A stretch of 64,000 nucleotides of DNA from Flavobacteriales bacterium (GCA_040377305.1 JBEIPA010000008.1:64001-128000), one strand, 5' to 3'. Positions 9,791 through 20,376 are shown, counted from the stretch's first letter. Made by a program: numbers and translations. The notes: generated from the letters alone by a model not told the origin.

Positions 9791-11170
9791 ATGCAAACAC
9801 CGTATCCAGGTATTAGTAATTTGTACATTTTGTCCAACGAGAACCGCGGCAAATACGTACTGCTGGCCGTAAAGATTTGTTGTTGGCTGCAGGTTCTACG
9901 AATGCTGATTACGATCATGGTCGCGAGGGCCTATGCTACGCAAGGCATGAGGCATAAGTTGTTCAGTAAGCTGGTGTTGCTTGACTCGAGTCTGGGTATT
10001 CCGCTCAATCTTTTTTTTCCGGTCGTGTTTATGATGTGGATGGCACGTGCATATTATAATCTTCATCGTACTGGAATCCAGAAGATTCAATTCAGTGCGG
10101 GTTGGTCGATTGGAGCTTGGTTTGTTCCATTCATGAACCTGGTGCGTCCCTACAAAATCATGAAGGAACTCTGGTACCGCAAGCAACTCAACTTCCGGAA
10201 TGAAGAACATGAACCCATTAAACACACCTCTCTTCGTGTATGGTGGGGCTTTTACATACTTCCAGCGGTCATTGGAGGTTTCTTCGCCGCCCTTGCGCTG
10301 GACACGCTTAACGATGTAACAGTACTTTATGTCTTTCAGGCCTTTGTTCATTGTGGGCTTGCGGTTTCTCTATTCGCACTTGCAGATGTTCTCCGGAAGC
10401 TAACCGTCTTCGAAGCTGAATTCCGGGACCGGTTTCTGATTTCACAAACCCAAAAAGTTGTTGAGCTTGCAGATGCATACAGAACCGAACAGGGAATCCT
10501 TTCGGACGCAAATCCATCATACCAAACATTCACAGTTCCACAATCCGGTACTGAGCTACCGAATGTATTGGTCGACTGGAAAACAGCAAATTCATTCTCT
10601 CGTTCAGCCACCTTTTGTCTGATCGCAATTGTTGCCGGTACGTTATGGAGATTGTGCGCTAACTTTCTTCTGTTCCAGAACGATTCCGTATCAGAGAATC
10701 CTTCAGCAATGCTTCTTACTTCGGCATTCGCATTCGTCCTACTCGCATTTTCAATTCTCGGAACGTTGTATTTTATCCTTTGGTTGAATCGCGTATACAA
10801 AAATCTCATCGCACTAAAATCAGAGTCTTTGTCAGTTAGGCTTGAACAGCTTTCGTATTGGTGGATCATTCCAGGATACAACGTGTACATGCTATTCGTG
10901 ATCATGCGGGATATCAGTCTGTACTATGAAGAACAGTGCAAGAAAAAATCCAAAGTGGAATCTATTTCTGAACCTGGTGTACTTCTTCTGAGCTTTTTAT
11001 TGGGAACAATGTTTTGGATTCTGAGTACTCTGATGGATTCCGGACGCGAATATTCAGACGCTGAAGCAAATCTTGTATCACTCATGATCATTATCACACC
11101 TCTTGCTTTCGGTTCTATGTGTGTTGCGGCAATCCTGTTCATGCGAAAAGTGAAAACGTTGTCTCTTTAG
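9791..11170 (+). CDS. Membrane protein with two DUF4328-like domains
   Basis: Repeated W..R.Y.NL ... W(F/I).P..N.....IM.(E/D) motifs. Start chosen at ATG 9791 (track starts at 9779). Confidence 0.65.
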   Translation: MQTPYPGISNLYILSNENRGKYVLLAVKICCWLQVLRMLITIMVARAYATQGMRHKLFSKLVLLDSSLGIPLNLFFPVVFMMWMARAYYNLHRTGIQKIQFSAGWSIGAWFVPFMNLVRPYKIMKELWYRKQLNFRNEEHEPIKHTSLRVWWGFYILPAVIGGFFAALALDTLNDVTVLYVFQAFVHCGLAVSLFALADVLRKLTVFEAEFRDRFLISQTQKVVELADAYRTEQGILSDANPSYQTFTVPQSGTELPNVLVDWKTANSFSRSATFCLIAIVAGTLWRLCANFLLFQNDSVSENPSAMLLTSAFAFVLLAFSILGTLYFILWLNRVYKNLIALKSESLSVRLEQLSYWWIIPGYNVYMLFVIMRDISLYYEEQCKKKSKVESISEPGVLLLSFLLGTMFWILSTLMDSGREYSDAEANLVSLMIIITPLAFGSMCVAAILFMRKVKTLSL

Positions 11171-11194
11171 TTCACTCGGACTTAGTATGCCCAT

Positions 11195-11227
11195 AAAAAA
11201 AGCCGATTCAAAAATGAATCGGCTTTT
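11195..11227. terminator. Bidirectional rho-independent terminator
   Basis: AAAAAAAGCCGATTCA-AAAA-TGAATCGGCTTTT between convergent genes. Confidence 0.85.
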
Positions 11228-11249
11228 CTATATGGATTGTTTTCAAAAC

Positions 11250-11417
11250 TTATCCTTTATGAGTTGCTTCGTCGGAAACTGTAAGTTTCTTACGGCCACG
11301 AGCACGGCGTGCAGCCAATACGCGGCGACCATTTGGAGTTGCCATACGCTCGCGGAAGCCGTGCTTGTTAGTACGCTTGCGACGTGAAGGTTGAAAAGTG
11401 CGTTTCTGTTTTGACAT
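11250..11417 (-). CDS. rpmH: 50S ribosomal protein L34 (55 aa; below the ORF-track cutoff)
   Basis: Manual translation: [55 protein letters not shown]. Confidence 0.97.
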   Translation of the reverse strand: MSKQKRTFQPSRRKRTNKHGFRERMATPNGRRVLAARRARGRKKLTVSDEATHKG

Positions 11418-11462
11418 GACCTAAAATCTTTAAAATCTCATCCAGTTCTCGGATTCGGGATG

Positions 11463-11470
11463 CAAAGATA
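11463..11470 (-). promoter_or_regulatory. Bacteroidota sigma-A -7 element for rpmH
   Basis: TATCTTTG on the minus strand, ~45 nt upstream of the ATG. Confidence 0.6.
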
Positions 11471-11598
11471 GTTTTCTATTATTATCTGACAAACACCAAT
11501 GCCGAAAAAACTTAAAAAAGGCTGATTTTCAACGATTTTATTAATCAATTCGCCGATTTTGAGGTCCAAATGCAATACTTTCCGACCTCAAGCGACTG

Positions 11599-11606
11599 TA
11601 TCTTTG
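11599..11606 (+). promoter_or_regulatory. Bacteroidota -7 element for the ABC transporter
   Basis: TATCTTTG, 7 nt before ATG 11614. Confidence 0.6.
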
Positions 11607-11613
11607 CACGCTC

Positions 11614-13461
11614 ATGGCAAAAAAAGGAAGATTTCAAAGCAATTTACGCGCGGAAGAGGAACTACCGAAAGCGAAACTCAATGCAGATTCGCTGAAGCGG
11701 GCATCTCGTTTGTTCTCATTTATGGGCAAACACCGCTGGAAATTCTACTTCGGCATGTTCTTCCTGTTGTGCACGGGTGCCACTGCCCTATTATTTCCTC
11801 AACTTCTGGGTAATCTGATGGGAATTATTGGTCGTGAAAATGCAAGCGAAGAATCTCTCCTCGATGCGGCCGACAAATACGGTTTGTGGATTATCATTTT
11901 GCTGAGCGCTCAGGCTGTTGCCTCGTTCTTCCGTGTCTACTTTTTCGAGAATGCAACTCAAAATATGCTGGCTTCAGTTCGCTTAGCAACGTTTACGCAT
12001 CTCATGCGCTTACCGATGACTTTCTTCTCGAAGAATATGGCAGCTGAGTTGAATAGTCGCGTTAGTGCGGACATCACTCAGATCGGAGAAACGTTCACGA
12101 CTGCGCTTGCTGAATTTTTTCGTCAGTTCATTATAGTGGTTGGGGGTATTGTACTCATCGGATTCACATCCTGGAAACTTGCGTTGCTGATGATTTGTGT
12201 TGTTCCACCCGTTGCCATTATAGCGATGGTCTTCGGCAGAAAAATCAGAGCCATTGCTAAGCAGCTGCAGGAACTGGTCGGAGAATCGAACCTGATTGTT
12301 GGAGAAAGCCTGCAGGGAATTGCCAACGTAAAAGCATTTACAAATGAAGGTTACGAAGGCAAAAGATATCGCAATGTGGCAGACCGGATTATCGCCGTTG
12401 CCATGAAGAACGCACGTAATCGCGGGATGTTCTTCGCTTTCATCATCTTCTGTTTGTTCGGATCCATCATGCTCATGGTCTGGTACGGCGTGCGTCTAAA
12501 AGTGAGTGGGGATATTACTCCGGAACAAATGGTTGCGTTTCTGATGACTACCATGTTCGTAGCGGCTTCAATCGGTGGATTGCCTGAACAGTACGCACAA
12601 ATTCAACGTGCAATTGGTGCTGCAGATCGTGTTTTCGATATTCTGAATGAAGAAGTTGAAGAAGTTAGTCTCGATGAAACACGCGAACGCGCACAACTCA
12701 AGTTACGCGGTGAAGTTGAATTCAGAAATGTGAAGTTTGCTTATCCAACACGGAAAGAATTTACCGTTCTGGAGGAAGTCACTTTCAACGTGAAGCAAGG
12801 ACAAACCATTGCACTTGTTGGTCATAGCGGTTCCGGTAAATCAACAATGGCGGGAATGCTGATGCGGTTTTACAATCCGGACAACGGAAGTATCACCATC
12901 GATGGTAAGAATGTGAAGGAATATGATCTTACTGCATTGCGTGAGAACATGGCGATTGTTCCGCAAGATGTATTGCTGTTCGGTGGTACTATTGCAGAGA
13001 ACATTGCGTATGGTCGTCCGGGTGCATCAAAAGAAGATATTGAAGCCGCTGCACGACAAGCAAATGCTTACAACTTCATCGAAAGCTTCCCCGACAAGTT
13101 CGAAACGAAAGTTGGCGATCGCGGGATTCAGCTTTCCGGCGGACAACGTCAGCGAATTGCCATTGCGCGTGCTGTACTGAAAGATCCAAGCATTCTCATT
13201 CTCGACGAAGCAACGAGCTCACTGGATTCTGAAAGCGAACGCGTCGTACAGGAAGCGCTCGACAAATTGATGGTTGGAAGAACTTCATTCGTGATTGCAC
13301 ATCGTTTGAGCACAATTCGTAACGCAGACAAGATTGTTGTTCTCGAAAAAGGAGTTGTTGCGGAAAGCGGAACCCATGAAGAGTTGATGCAGATTAAAGA
13401 TGGCGTCTATCGTTCGCTGAATAATCTGCAGTTCCAGGATTCTCCTGCAACCTTGGCATAA
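11614..13461 (+). CDS. ABC exporter, fused TMD-NBD (MsbA/ABCB-like)
   Basis: 6-TM domain, Walker A GHSGSGKST, LSGGQRQR, ILDEATS and the H-loop IAHRL. Confidence 0.93.
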   Translation: MAKKGRFQSNLRAEEELPKAKLNADSLKRASRLFSFMGKHRWKFYFGMFFLLCTGATALLFPQLLGNLMGIIGRENASEESLLDAADKYGLWIIILLSAQAVASFFRVYFFENATQNMLASVRLATFTHLMRLPMTFFSKNMAAELNSRVSADITQIGETFTTALAEFFRQFIIVVGGIVLIGFTSWKLALLMICVVPPVAIIAMVFGRKIRAIAKQLQELVGESNLIVGESLQGIANVKAFTNEGYEGKRYRNVADRIIAVAMKNARNRGMFFAFIIFCLFGSIMLMVWYGVRLKVSGDITPEQMVAFLMTTMFVAASIGGLPEQYAQIQRAIGAADRVFDILNEEVEEVSLDETRERAQLKLRGEVEFRNVKFAYPTRKEFTVLEEVTFNVKQGQTIALVGHSGSGKSTMAGMLMRFYNPDNGSITIDGKNVKEYDLTALRENMAIVPQDVLLFGGTIAENIAYGRPGASKEDIEAAARQANAYNFIESFPDKFETKVGDRGIQLSGGQRQRIAIARAVLKDPSILILDEATSSLDSESERVVQEALDKLMVGRTSFVIAHRLSTIRNADKIVVLEKGVVAESGTHEELMQIKDGVYRSLNNLQFQDSPATLA

Positions 13462-13465
13462 TTCA

Positions 13466-13534
13466 ACCACGAAGTTCACGAAGGCACAAAGTTTTAAAGC
13501 GTCCTTTTCTTTGTGCCTTCGTGAACTTTGTGGT
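13466..13534. repeat. 26-bp inverted repeat of CAC(G/A)AAG units; likely also a terminator
   Basis: ACCACGAAGTTCACGAAGGCACAAAG ... CTTTGTGCCTTCGTGAACTTTGTGGT between convergent genes. Confidence 0.8.
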
Positions 13535-13541
13535 GAAAAAA

Positions 13542-14171
13542 CTAGGCCGGCACGTAAATCACATTCTTCGTCTCAAAAAACGGGTCATCAAACATCGTCT
13601 TGATTGGATGATCGACCAGCCACTTTCTCGCCGACTTGAATTCTTCTTTCAGATCGCCGCCCTTGAGTAAGAGCCAACCGTTTGGTAAAGCATTCTTTCC
13701 TTCGTCGTGAATGAGATCCTGTGTCCACTTGTGAATTTCTTCCCACGGAGCAACAGCGCGAGTGACTACATAATCGTAGGTGTTCTCTAATTCTTCTGCA
13801 CGTTTCTGATCGGCAACAACGTTCTTCAGTCCGAGTGCTTCCACAACTTCTTTCACCACCTTAATTTTCTTTCCGATGGAATCAACAAGGTGAAAACGAC
13901 ATTCCGGAAACATGATCGCCAATGGGATTCCGGGAAATCCGCCTCCCGTTCCGACATCGAGAATTGTTGTGCCGGGAGTGAACCGAATTACTTTTGCTAT
14001 GGCCAGTGAATGCAAAACGTGGTGTGTATAAAATGCGTCCATGTCTTTGCGTGAGATCACGTTGATCTGAGCGTTCCAATGCACGTACAAATCTTTCATG
14101 CGCGTGAATAAATCGAGTTGCTCTTCAGTCAACTTCGGGAAATGCTTTGTGATTGTCTCCACTGTTTCCAT
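13542..14171 (-). CDS. rsmG: 16S rRNA m7G527 methyltransferase
   Basis: WN.QINVISR, HVLHSL, LDVGTGGGFPGIPLAI and TRAVA motifs. Likely start ATG 14171. Confidence 0.95.
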   Translation of the reverse strand: METVETITKHFPKLTEEQLDLFTRMKDLYVHWNAQINVISRKDMDAFYTHHVLHSLAIAKVIRFTPGTTILDVGTGGGFPGIPLAIMFPECRFHLVDSIGKKIKVVKEVVEALGLKNVVADQKRAEELENTYDYVVTRAVAPWEEIHKWTQDLIHDEGKNALPNGWLLLKGGDLKEEFKSARKWLVDHPIKTMFDDPFFETKNVIYVPA

Positions 14172-14271
14172 ATACGACGCGAAATTACACAAAGAAGTCA
14201 CAAGGATAGTGTTTCACGGGAATGCTTGGTTCCTCGCAATGCATTTGTGACCACTGTGATTCGTAAAAAAA

Positions 14272-14886
14272 TCAGATTTTGCCCTGCGTATTCTTCAGGA
14301 CGTTATAGAGAAATTCTCGCGCTCTGAATAGTTGCGCCTTCACCGTTCCCAATGGAAGATCAAGTTCAGCAGCGATTTCTTCGTAAGAAAGTTCCTGAAA
14401 GTATCGCATCTCAATCAGCGTGCGATAACGTGGCTTCAGCTTATCAACAAGATCATGAAGCATCATGATTTTTTGCTTCTTCATGATGTGCTCTTCCGGA
14501 TCCATGGTGTCGGAACGGATATCAACCACCATTTCTCCTCCTTCTTCGTCTTCAATCGGACGATCGAGTGAGAAAGTGTTTTTGCGTTTACGGCGAATGA
14601 AATCGATACAGTTGTTCGTTGCAATACGGAACAACCAGGTACTGAAAGCGAAGTTTGGCGTGTACTGAGAAAGTCGTTTGAATGCTTTACCGAATGCTTC
14701 TACCGTCAAATCCTCAGCGTCGTCCTTGTTGTTGACCATTTTCAGCAACATGTAGTAAACTGAATCGCGGTAACGACCCATTAATTCTGCATACGCTTTC
14801 TGGTCACCGTCCTGGAGGGCACGCTTCACGAGTTTGTAATCATACAAACCCTTATCCGATAAATTCTCGTTCTCGTTCAGTTCCAT
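14272..14886 (-). CDS. ECF RNA polymerase sigma factor (SigW/RpoE-like)
   Basis: DAEDL, FSTWLFRIATN, SYEEIA and GTVKAQLFRAR motifs. Confidence 0.93.
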   Translation of the reverse strand: MELNENENLSDKGLYDYKLVKRALQDGDQKAYAELMGRYRDSVYYMLLKMVNNKDDAEDLTVEAFGKAFKRLSQYTPNFAFSTWLFRIATNNCIDFIRRKRKNTFSLDRPIEDEEGGEMVVDIRSDTMDPEEHIMKKQKIMMLHDLVDKLKPRYRTLIEMRYFQELSYEEIAAELDLPLGTVKAQLFRAREFLYNVLKNTQGKI

Positions 14887-16016
14887 GGTGTCTTTCTTCT
14901 AAAGACGCGTGCAAAGGTAATCACCGGGTAGAACAACAAGAAGTACAACTCCATGATTGGCACAAGGAGCAATAAACCTTTCTCATCCAGTTTCTTAAAG
15001 CAACTATTAAAGATAAGCATTTGAATCAACAGGCGTAACGCAAACAGGCCCGTTACGACCATCCACTGAAATTGCAGGATGAGCGAGGTAATAAACCCTG
15101 CGAAGAACAGCCATTGAGCGACGATGTACAATCCAAGCAATAATTTATGCTTGAACTTATACCGTTTTCCGGTAAGCAGGTGTCGTTGTTTTTGTCTCCA
15201 CCAGGATTTGAATGAGTCCTTAGCTTGTGTATACGTGAACGCTTCTTTCTCCATCACTACCGAGACCTTTTGTCCCGGTGCTGCTTCGTTCACAAATAAA
15301 TCATCGTCGCCCGAAGGAATGTGATAGTGCGATGCAAACCCTTTCACCTTGTAGAACAGTTTCTTCTTGTAAGCGAGATTTCTTCCCACGCCCATGTACG
15401 TTGTTCCTGCCATGGAGAACGACAAATACTGAATGCCAATCATCGCTGCATCGAAGCGGATAATACGATTCAGGAATCCTTTCTCCGGAATGAACGGTCC
15501 GTATCCCAGAATAATGTCTGAACCAACATTGAAACGCATTACAATGTGCTTGAGCCATTGATCGGAAGCTGGTTTGCAATCAGCATCCGTAAGTAACATC
15601 AGTTCATGCGTTGCGCCCTTGACTCCCAGCATCAACGCCACTTTTTTTCCGTGCTGATAGTACTCGTCTTCTTTCAGCGTAACGACCTTCACGTTCTTGT
15701 GGCGCTTCGCAAACTCTTCGAGAATATCGCCAGTGTTGTCCCAACTGCAATCGTTTACAATCACAACTTCGAAATTGGGATAGTCTTGAGCAAGAATTAC
15801 CGGAAGATAACGCGTGAGATTGTTCTCTTCATTCTTCGCACAGATCACAATCGAAATCGGTGGTGTTTCCTGAAGTGTAACCGGTGTGGGTTTGTATCGT
15901 CCTACCCTGAGAAAGTAAAAGAGGTAGTAGAAAATGATGAGGACAAAACCCAACACCATTACCCAGAACACAATCATTCCCGGCGAAATCTGCAGCAGTT
16001 GTTCAAGGTTAAACAT
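14877..16016 (-). CDS. Family 2 glycosyltransferase (membrane-bound)
   Basis: VVICAKNE, VND.S.D, LTDADC, GDDDL and Q.QR motifs. Confidence 0.9.
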   Translation of the reverse strand: MFNLEQLLQISPGMIVFWVMVLGFVLIIFYYLFYFLRVGRYKPTPVTLQETPPISIVICAKNEENNLTRYLPVILAQDYPNFEVVIVNDCSWDNTGDILEEFAKRHKNVKVVTLKEDEYYQHGKKVALMLGVKGATHELMLLTDADCKPASDQWLKHIVMRFNVGSDIILGYGPFIPEKGFLNRIIRFDAAMIGIQYLSFSMAGTTYMGVGRNLAYKKKLFYKVKGFASHYHIPSGDDDLFVNEAAPGQKVSVVMEKEAFTYTQAKDSFKSWWRQKQRHLLTGKRYKFKHKLLLGLYIVAQWLFFAGFITSLILQFQWMVVTGLFALRLLIQMLIFNSCFKKLDEKGLLLLVPIMELYFLLFYPVITFARVFRRKTPWN

Positions 16017-16094
16017 CTGCTAAAGGTAGACTGGCGATTCCCGCGAATAGTTGTGAAAATGTGACTGATTTGAACAAACTTCTTAACAGAAGTC

Positions 16095-16169
16095 AGTCGG
16101 GAGACGACAGACGGGAGTAGTTCAGCAGTTCTAAGTCTACTCCCGTCTGTAGCCTGTCGTCTGGCGTCT
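16095..16169. repeat. Palindromic GACGGGAG-family intergenic repeat
   Basis: Perfect 14-bp IR ACAGACGGGAGTAG (16107-16120) / CTACTCCCGTCTGT (16137-16150). The left arm recurs at 34965. Confidence 0.75.
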
Positions 16170-16188
16170 AACACGTATCTTCGTGCCA

Positions 16189-17319
16189 GTGAAATTTACT
16201 CTCCACCACACCGATCCCAAATCAAAGGCACGCGTGGGTACAATTGAAACCGACCACGGTCCGATTGAAACCCCGATTTTCATGCCGGTTGGAACAGCAG
16301 GCACAGTGAAAGCTGTTCATCAGCGGGAACTTACCGACGATATCAAGGCGCAGATTATTCTGGGAAACACGTACCACCTGTATCTGCGACCTGGAACGGA
16401 TGTTATCAATGCGGCTGGCGGACTGCACAAGTTCAATGGCTGGGATAAACCTATTCTCACCGATAGTGGTGGATTTCAGGTCTATTCGCTCAGCGGAACA
16501 CGCAAACTGAACGAAGAAGGCGTTGAATTCAAATCGCATATCGACGGTTCGAAACACGTTTTCACCCCGGAAAATGTGATGGACATTCAACGCAACATTG
16601 GTGCAGACATCATCATGGCGTTTGACGAGTGTACACCTTATCCGTGCGAATACGCTTATGCGAAGAATTCGATGGAGATGACTCATCGTTGGCTCAAACG
16701 TTGTATCAAACAATTCGATTCTACACAACCGAAATACGGCTACAATCAAACGCTTTTCCCGATTGTACAGGGAAGTGTTTACAAAGATTTGCGCAAACAG
16801 TCTGCTGAATTTATTGCAGAACAGGATCGAGAAGGAAACGCAATCGGCGGACTTTCCGTTGGAGAACCAGCAGCCGACATGTACGAGTTGACGGATCTTG
16901 TAACCGGAATTCTTCCTGTACACAAACCGCGCTACCTGATGGGCGTTGGAACTCCGGAAAATCTTCTCGAATGCATTGCACTCGGTATTGATATGTTCGA
17001 TTGTGTGTTGCCAACGCGTAATGCACGTCACGGATTGCTTTTCACGCGAAAAGGAATCATCAACATCCGGAATGAACGTTGGAGAAACGATCATTCTGTG
17101 CTTGATCCTGACGGAACAGCGTGGGTCGATTCAAATTATTCCCGTGCGTATCTGCGTCACCTCATGCACAGTGGTGAAATACTCGCAGGAATGATTGCTT
17201 CAGTGCACAATCTCGCCTTTTACCTAAGTCTTGTTAAAGAAGCAAGAACACGTATACAGGATGGTACATTTGTTGAGTGGAAGAATGCGCTCGTGCCCCA
17301 ACTCACTAACCGACTCTGA
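16189..17319 (+). CDS. tgt: tRNA-guanine transglycosylase
   Basis: TPIFMPVGT, GNTYHL, TDSGGFQ and DMFDCVLPTR motifs. Likely start GTG 16189 (MKF...). Confidence 0.97.
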   Translation: MKFTLHHTDPKSKARVGTIETDHGPIETPIFMPVGTAGTVKAVHQRELTDDIKAQIILGNTYHLYLRPGTDVINAAGGLHKFNGWDKPILTDSGGFQVYSLSGTRKLNEEGVEFKSHIDGSKHVFTPENVMDIQRNIGADIIMAFDECTPYPCEYAYAKNSMEMTHRWLKRCIKQFDSTQPKYGYNQTLFPIVQGSVYKDLRKQSAEFIAEQDREGNAIGGLSVGEPAADMYELTDLVTGILPVHKPRYLMGVGTPENLLECIALGIDMFDCVLPTRNARHGLLFTRKGIINIRNERWRNDHSVLDPDGTAWVDSNYSRAYLRHLMHSGEILAGMIASVHNLAFYLSLVKEARTRIQDGTFVEWKNALVPQLTNRL

Positions 17320-18410
17320 TGTTGTCGAAAATATTCCCGATACTCGATCGATACATCCTGAGAAAATTTCTCGGCACATTCTTCTTTTCAATTCTCCTCA
17401 TCATTTGCATCGTCATCGTTTTCGACATCTCGGAAAAGATTGAGGATTTTATTTCGCATGATGTTCCGCTGGGTGAAATTGTGTTCGATTACTACGCGAA
17501 CTTCATCCCCTACTTCATCAATCTGTTCAGTCATCTTTTCACATTCATTGCCGTGATTTTCTTCACCTCAAGAATGGCCGCACGAACGGAAGTTGTCGCA
17601 ATCCTCAGCGGTGGTGTAAGTTTCTGGAGATTTCTTCGTCCGTATATGGTGGGTGCTGCACTTATCGGCGGACTTTCCTTCTACCTCGGCAACTGGCTTA
17701 TTCCGCAGGCCAATAAAACGCGTCTCGAGTTCGAATCCAAATATGTAGGTGCGCGATTCATCAATACAGACCGGAACATCCACCGACAGATTGCTCCGGG
17801 TGTATTCATTTACATGGAAGATTACGACAACGAAAAGAATGTCGGAACGCGTTTTACACTCGAGAAATTCGACGGAATGAACCGTCCACTTAAAATTGAT
17901 GCCCGCGAAATTCGTTACGACAGTACAACCGAACGTTGGACAATTCTCGATTACGTTGGTCGTTACACCGACGAGCGCGAAGAAGTTCTTTTTGCGGGAC
18001 AACGAATTGATACTGCAATAAATATTAGTCCGAAAGATTTTAGTCGCGCGCAAAACGTGATGGAAAGCATGGAGACATCAGAACTCGTACGATACATTGA
18101 GAATGAAAGACTGAAAGGTTCTGAGAACGTAAAGTACTACGAGATTGAACGTCACCGCAGAATTGCATTCCCGTTTGCTACGTTCATCATGACCATGCTA
18201 GGCGTTGCAGTATCAAGCAGAAAAGTTCGCGGTGGTATCGGATTGCAGATCGCACTTGGAATCGCGATTGGATTCATCTTCGTTCTCTTCATGCAGGTTT
18301 TCACATCTTATGCAGCTTCGGGATCAATGCCAGCTTCGATTGCTGTATGGATTCCTAATGTGATTTTCGCAGGACTCGCTTTGGTGATGCTGAGAATGGC
18401 GCCGAAATAA
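17319..18410 (+). CDS. LptF/LptG family LPS export permease
   Basis: ILDRYI, E..A..S.G.S..R motif and a 3+3 TM layout around a periplasmic domain. Confidence 0.9.
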   Translation: MLSKIFPILDRYILRKFLGTFFFSILLIICIVIVFDISEKIEDFISHDVPLGEIVFDYYANFIPYFINLFSHLFTFIAVIFFTSRMAARTEVVAILSGGVSFWRFLRPYMVGAALIGGLSFYLGNWLIPQANKTRLEFESKYVGARFINTDRNIHRQIAPGVFIYMEDYDNEKNVGTRFTLEKFDGMNRPLKIDAREIRYDSTTERWTILDYVGRYTDEREEVLFAGQRIDTAINISPKDFSRAQNVMESMETSELVRYIENERLKGSENVKYYEIERHRRIAFPFATFIMTMLGVAVSSRKVRGGIGLQIALGIAIGFIFVLFMQVFTSYAASGSMPASIAVWIPNVIFAGLALVMLRMAPK

Positions 18411-18422
18411 TTTGAGATCAAA

Positions 18423-19244
18423 TCACAGGGACATCCCGAATGTTCGAATCTTCGGATCTTCAAATTGCAGATCAGGAATGGTCTCGAAAAGTCCGTATAC
18501 TGCAGATCCACTCCCGCTCATCGATGCGTAAACAGCTCCTGATTCATAGAGCTTACGTTTCACTACTGCAATTTCAGGATGCGCTGTGAATACAGTTTTC
18601 TCAAAATCGTTAACGAGTAAATTCTTCCAGCTTGCTATCGGATGTTTTGTTACGACGTCAAGACAATTGTAAACCGGAATTCCGGGAATGATATTGGCGA
18701 AAGCGGTTGAAGTTGCAACATGAATTCCCGGATATACAATCGCCACATAATACCCCGCAAGCGACAAATCAATCGGTGTGAATTTATCTCCCCGCTCTTC
18801 GGCGAATACCGGTTTGCCTTCCACGAAAAAAGCGCAATCGGATCCAATCTTCATTAATAGTGCTCGCATGTCATCATCCGAAATTCCCAGCGAAAAAAGT
18901 TCATTCATTTTCTTCACGAAGAAAGCTGCATCTGAAGATCCTCCGCCCAATCCTGCACCCATCGGAATTTGTTTGTGCAGATAGAGTTTCACAGATCGCA
19001 CGTTATAATTCTGTCTCAGCAACTGGTAAGCTTTCACGCACAAATTATCGGCGTGCTTTCCTGCAACAGGCAATCCGGTCATGTGCACTTCAATTCCTTT
19101 GCTGTGTTGAGGACCCGGAAGAATTTCCATCACATCGCACCACTGCACGGGATAGAAAACCGTTTCGAGATTATGATAGCCGTCGTCGCGTTTTGAAACG
19201 ACGTTCAGACCGAAATTAATTTTTGCATGCGGATAGACGATCAC
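18423..19244 (-). CDS. ispE: 4-diphosphocytidyl-2-C-methyl-D-erythritol kinase
   Basis: AKINFGL, DGYHNLET, PMGAGLGGGSSDAA and MSGSGS motifs. Likely start GTG 19244. Confidence 0.95.
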   Translation of the reverse strand: MIVYPHAKINFGLNVVSKRDDGYHNLETVFYPVQWCDVMEILPGPQHSKGIEVHMTGLPVAGKHADNLCVKAYQLLRQNYNVRSVKLYLHKQIPMGAGLGGGSSDAAFFVKKMNELFSLGISDDDMRALLMKIGSDCAFFVEGKPVFAEERGDKFTPIDLSLAGYYVAIVYPGIHVATSTAFANIIPGIPVYNCLDVVTKHPIASWKNLLVNDFEKTVFTAHPEIAVVKRKLYESGAVYASMSGSGSAVYGLFETIPDLQFEDPKIRTFGMSL

Positions 19245-19256
19245 GATGTAAAGATA

Positions 19257-19370
19257 AGATGGGAGATCGGAGTTGGGAGACGGGAGAAACACTAAAACCT
19301 TTAAATTAATTGAAACTTCGAAGGTTTGATTAGTTCCACACACCCGTCTCCCATCTTCCGTCTCCGATCT
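19257..19370. repeat. 7-bp-period GGGAGA(C/T) inverted repeat between divergent ispE and accA
   Basis: AGATGGGAGATCGGAGTTGGGAGACGGG ... CCCGTCTCCCATCTTCCGTCTCCGATCT. Confidence 0.7.
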
Positions 19371-19375
19371 ATTCC

Positions 19376-19383
19376 TATCTTTG
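19376..19383 (+). promoter_or_regulatory. -7 element for accA (probably leaderless)
   Basis: TATCTTTG, 4 nt before ATG 19388. Confidence 0.6.
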
Positions 19384-19387
19384 CCCC

Positions 19388-20341
19388 ATGAATTACTTAG
19401 ACTTTGAAAAGCCTATTGCCGAGCTCGTGGAGCTGCGCGATAAAATGAAGACTACTGCGGCGAAGAACGGCGTAGATGTGACTTCATCTTTGGCAGAAAT
19501 CGAAGAAAAAATCGTTACCAAGCAGAAAGAAATCTACGGTAATCTTACACCGTGGCAACGTGTGCAGGTATCGCGCCACCCAGATCGTCCTTATTCAAAC
19601 GACTATATCAAGTATTTCACGAACGGCGAATACATGGAACTCCATGGCGACCGCACAGTGAAAGACGATCACGCAATGATTGGCGGATTCGGATTGATGG
19701 ATGGACAAACAGTCATGTTCATCGGTCAGCAAAAAGGCCGCAACACAAAACAACGTCAGTACCACAACTTCGGAATGCCAAATCCGGAAGGATATCGTAA
19801 GGCATTACGTCTGATGCGACTCGCGGAAAAATTCAACAAGCCGGTTGTAACCTTGATTGATACTCCGGGCGCTTATCCTGGTCTGGAAGCTGAAGAGCGT
19901 GGACAAGGTGAGGCGATTGCGAGAAATCTTCTCGAGATGTCGCGCCTGAAAGTTCCTATCATCTGCATCATTATTGGTGAAGGTGCATCTGGTGGAGCAC
20001 TCGGAATAGGCATTGGTGATCGCGTATTGATGCTACAAAATTCATGGTACTCGGTAATTTCTCCGGAGAACTGTTCTACTATTCTGTGGAGAACATGGGA
20101 TTTCAAAGAGCGTGCAGCTGAAGCGCTGAAGCTTACAGGCGTGGATATGTTATCACAGGGATTAGTTGACGGTGTAATCGAAGAACCTGTTGGAGGTGCG
20201 CACACAAACTGGGATGCGACATTCGAAACAACCAAGCAGACCATCATTTCTCATTTGAAAGAACTTGGAAAACTCAGCGTTGCAGACCGTGTTGAGCAGC
20301 GCATTGAGAAGTTCTGTAAGATGGGTGTTGTCATTGAATAG
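19388..20341 (+). CDS. accA: Acetyl-CoA carboxylase carboxyltransferase alpha subunit
   Basis: LDFEKPI, RHPDRP, PEGYRKA and [10 protein letters not shown] motifs. Confidence 0.97.
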   Translation: MNYLDFEKPIAELVELRDKMKTTAAKNGVDVTSSLAEIEEKIVTKQKEIYGNLTPWQRVQVSRHPDRPYSNDYIKYFTNGEYMELHGDRTVKDDHAMIGGFGLMDGQTVMFIGQQKGRNTKQRQYHNFGMPNPEGYRKALRLMRLAEKFNKPVVTLIDTPGAYPGLEAEERGQGEAIARNLLEMSRLKVPIICIIIGEGASGGALGIGIGDRVLMLQNSWYSVISPENCSTILWRTWDFKERAAEALKLTGVDMLSQGLVDGVIEEPVGGAHTNWDATFETTKQTIISHLKELGKLSVADRVEQRIEKFCKMGVVIE

Positions 20342-20376
20342 TTCCCTACTTCTACTTTAACAACAGCAGCAATCGC

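Noticed and set aside
14272-16016. ECF sigma factor without an anti-sigma, overlapping a GT2 gene
   Set aside because: As far as I recall, this GT2-sigma arrangement near tgt/rsmG is a common Bacteroidota neighbourhood, so it is not novel.
16222-17094. Long antisense ORFs (290 aa opposite tgt; also 3301-3918, 32748-33356, 51110-51796 and others)
   Set aside because: They are shadows of well-supported genes on the opposite strand and have no recognisable motifs.
19245-19343. N-terminal extensions in the ORF track (ispE, 26379, 29167, 50537, 63039, 63885)
   Set aside because: The extensions run through repeat DNA, promoters or neighbouring genes. Family-typical N-termini begin at downstream starts.
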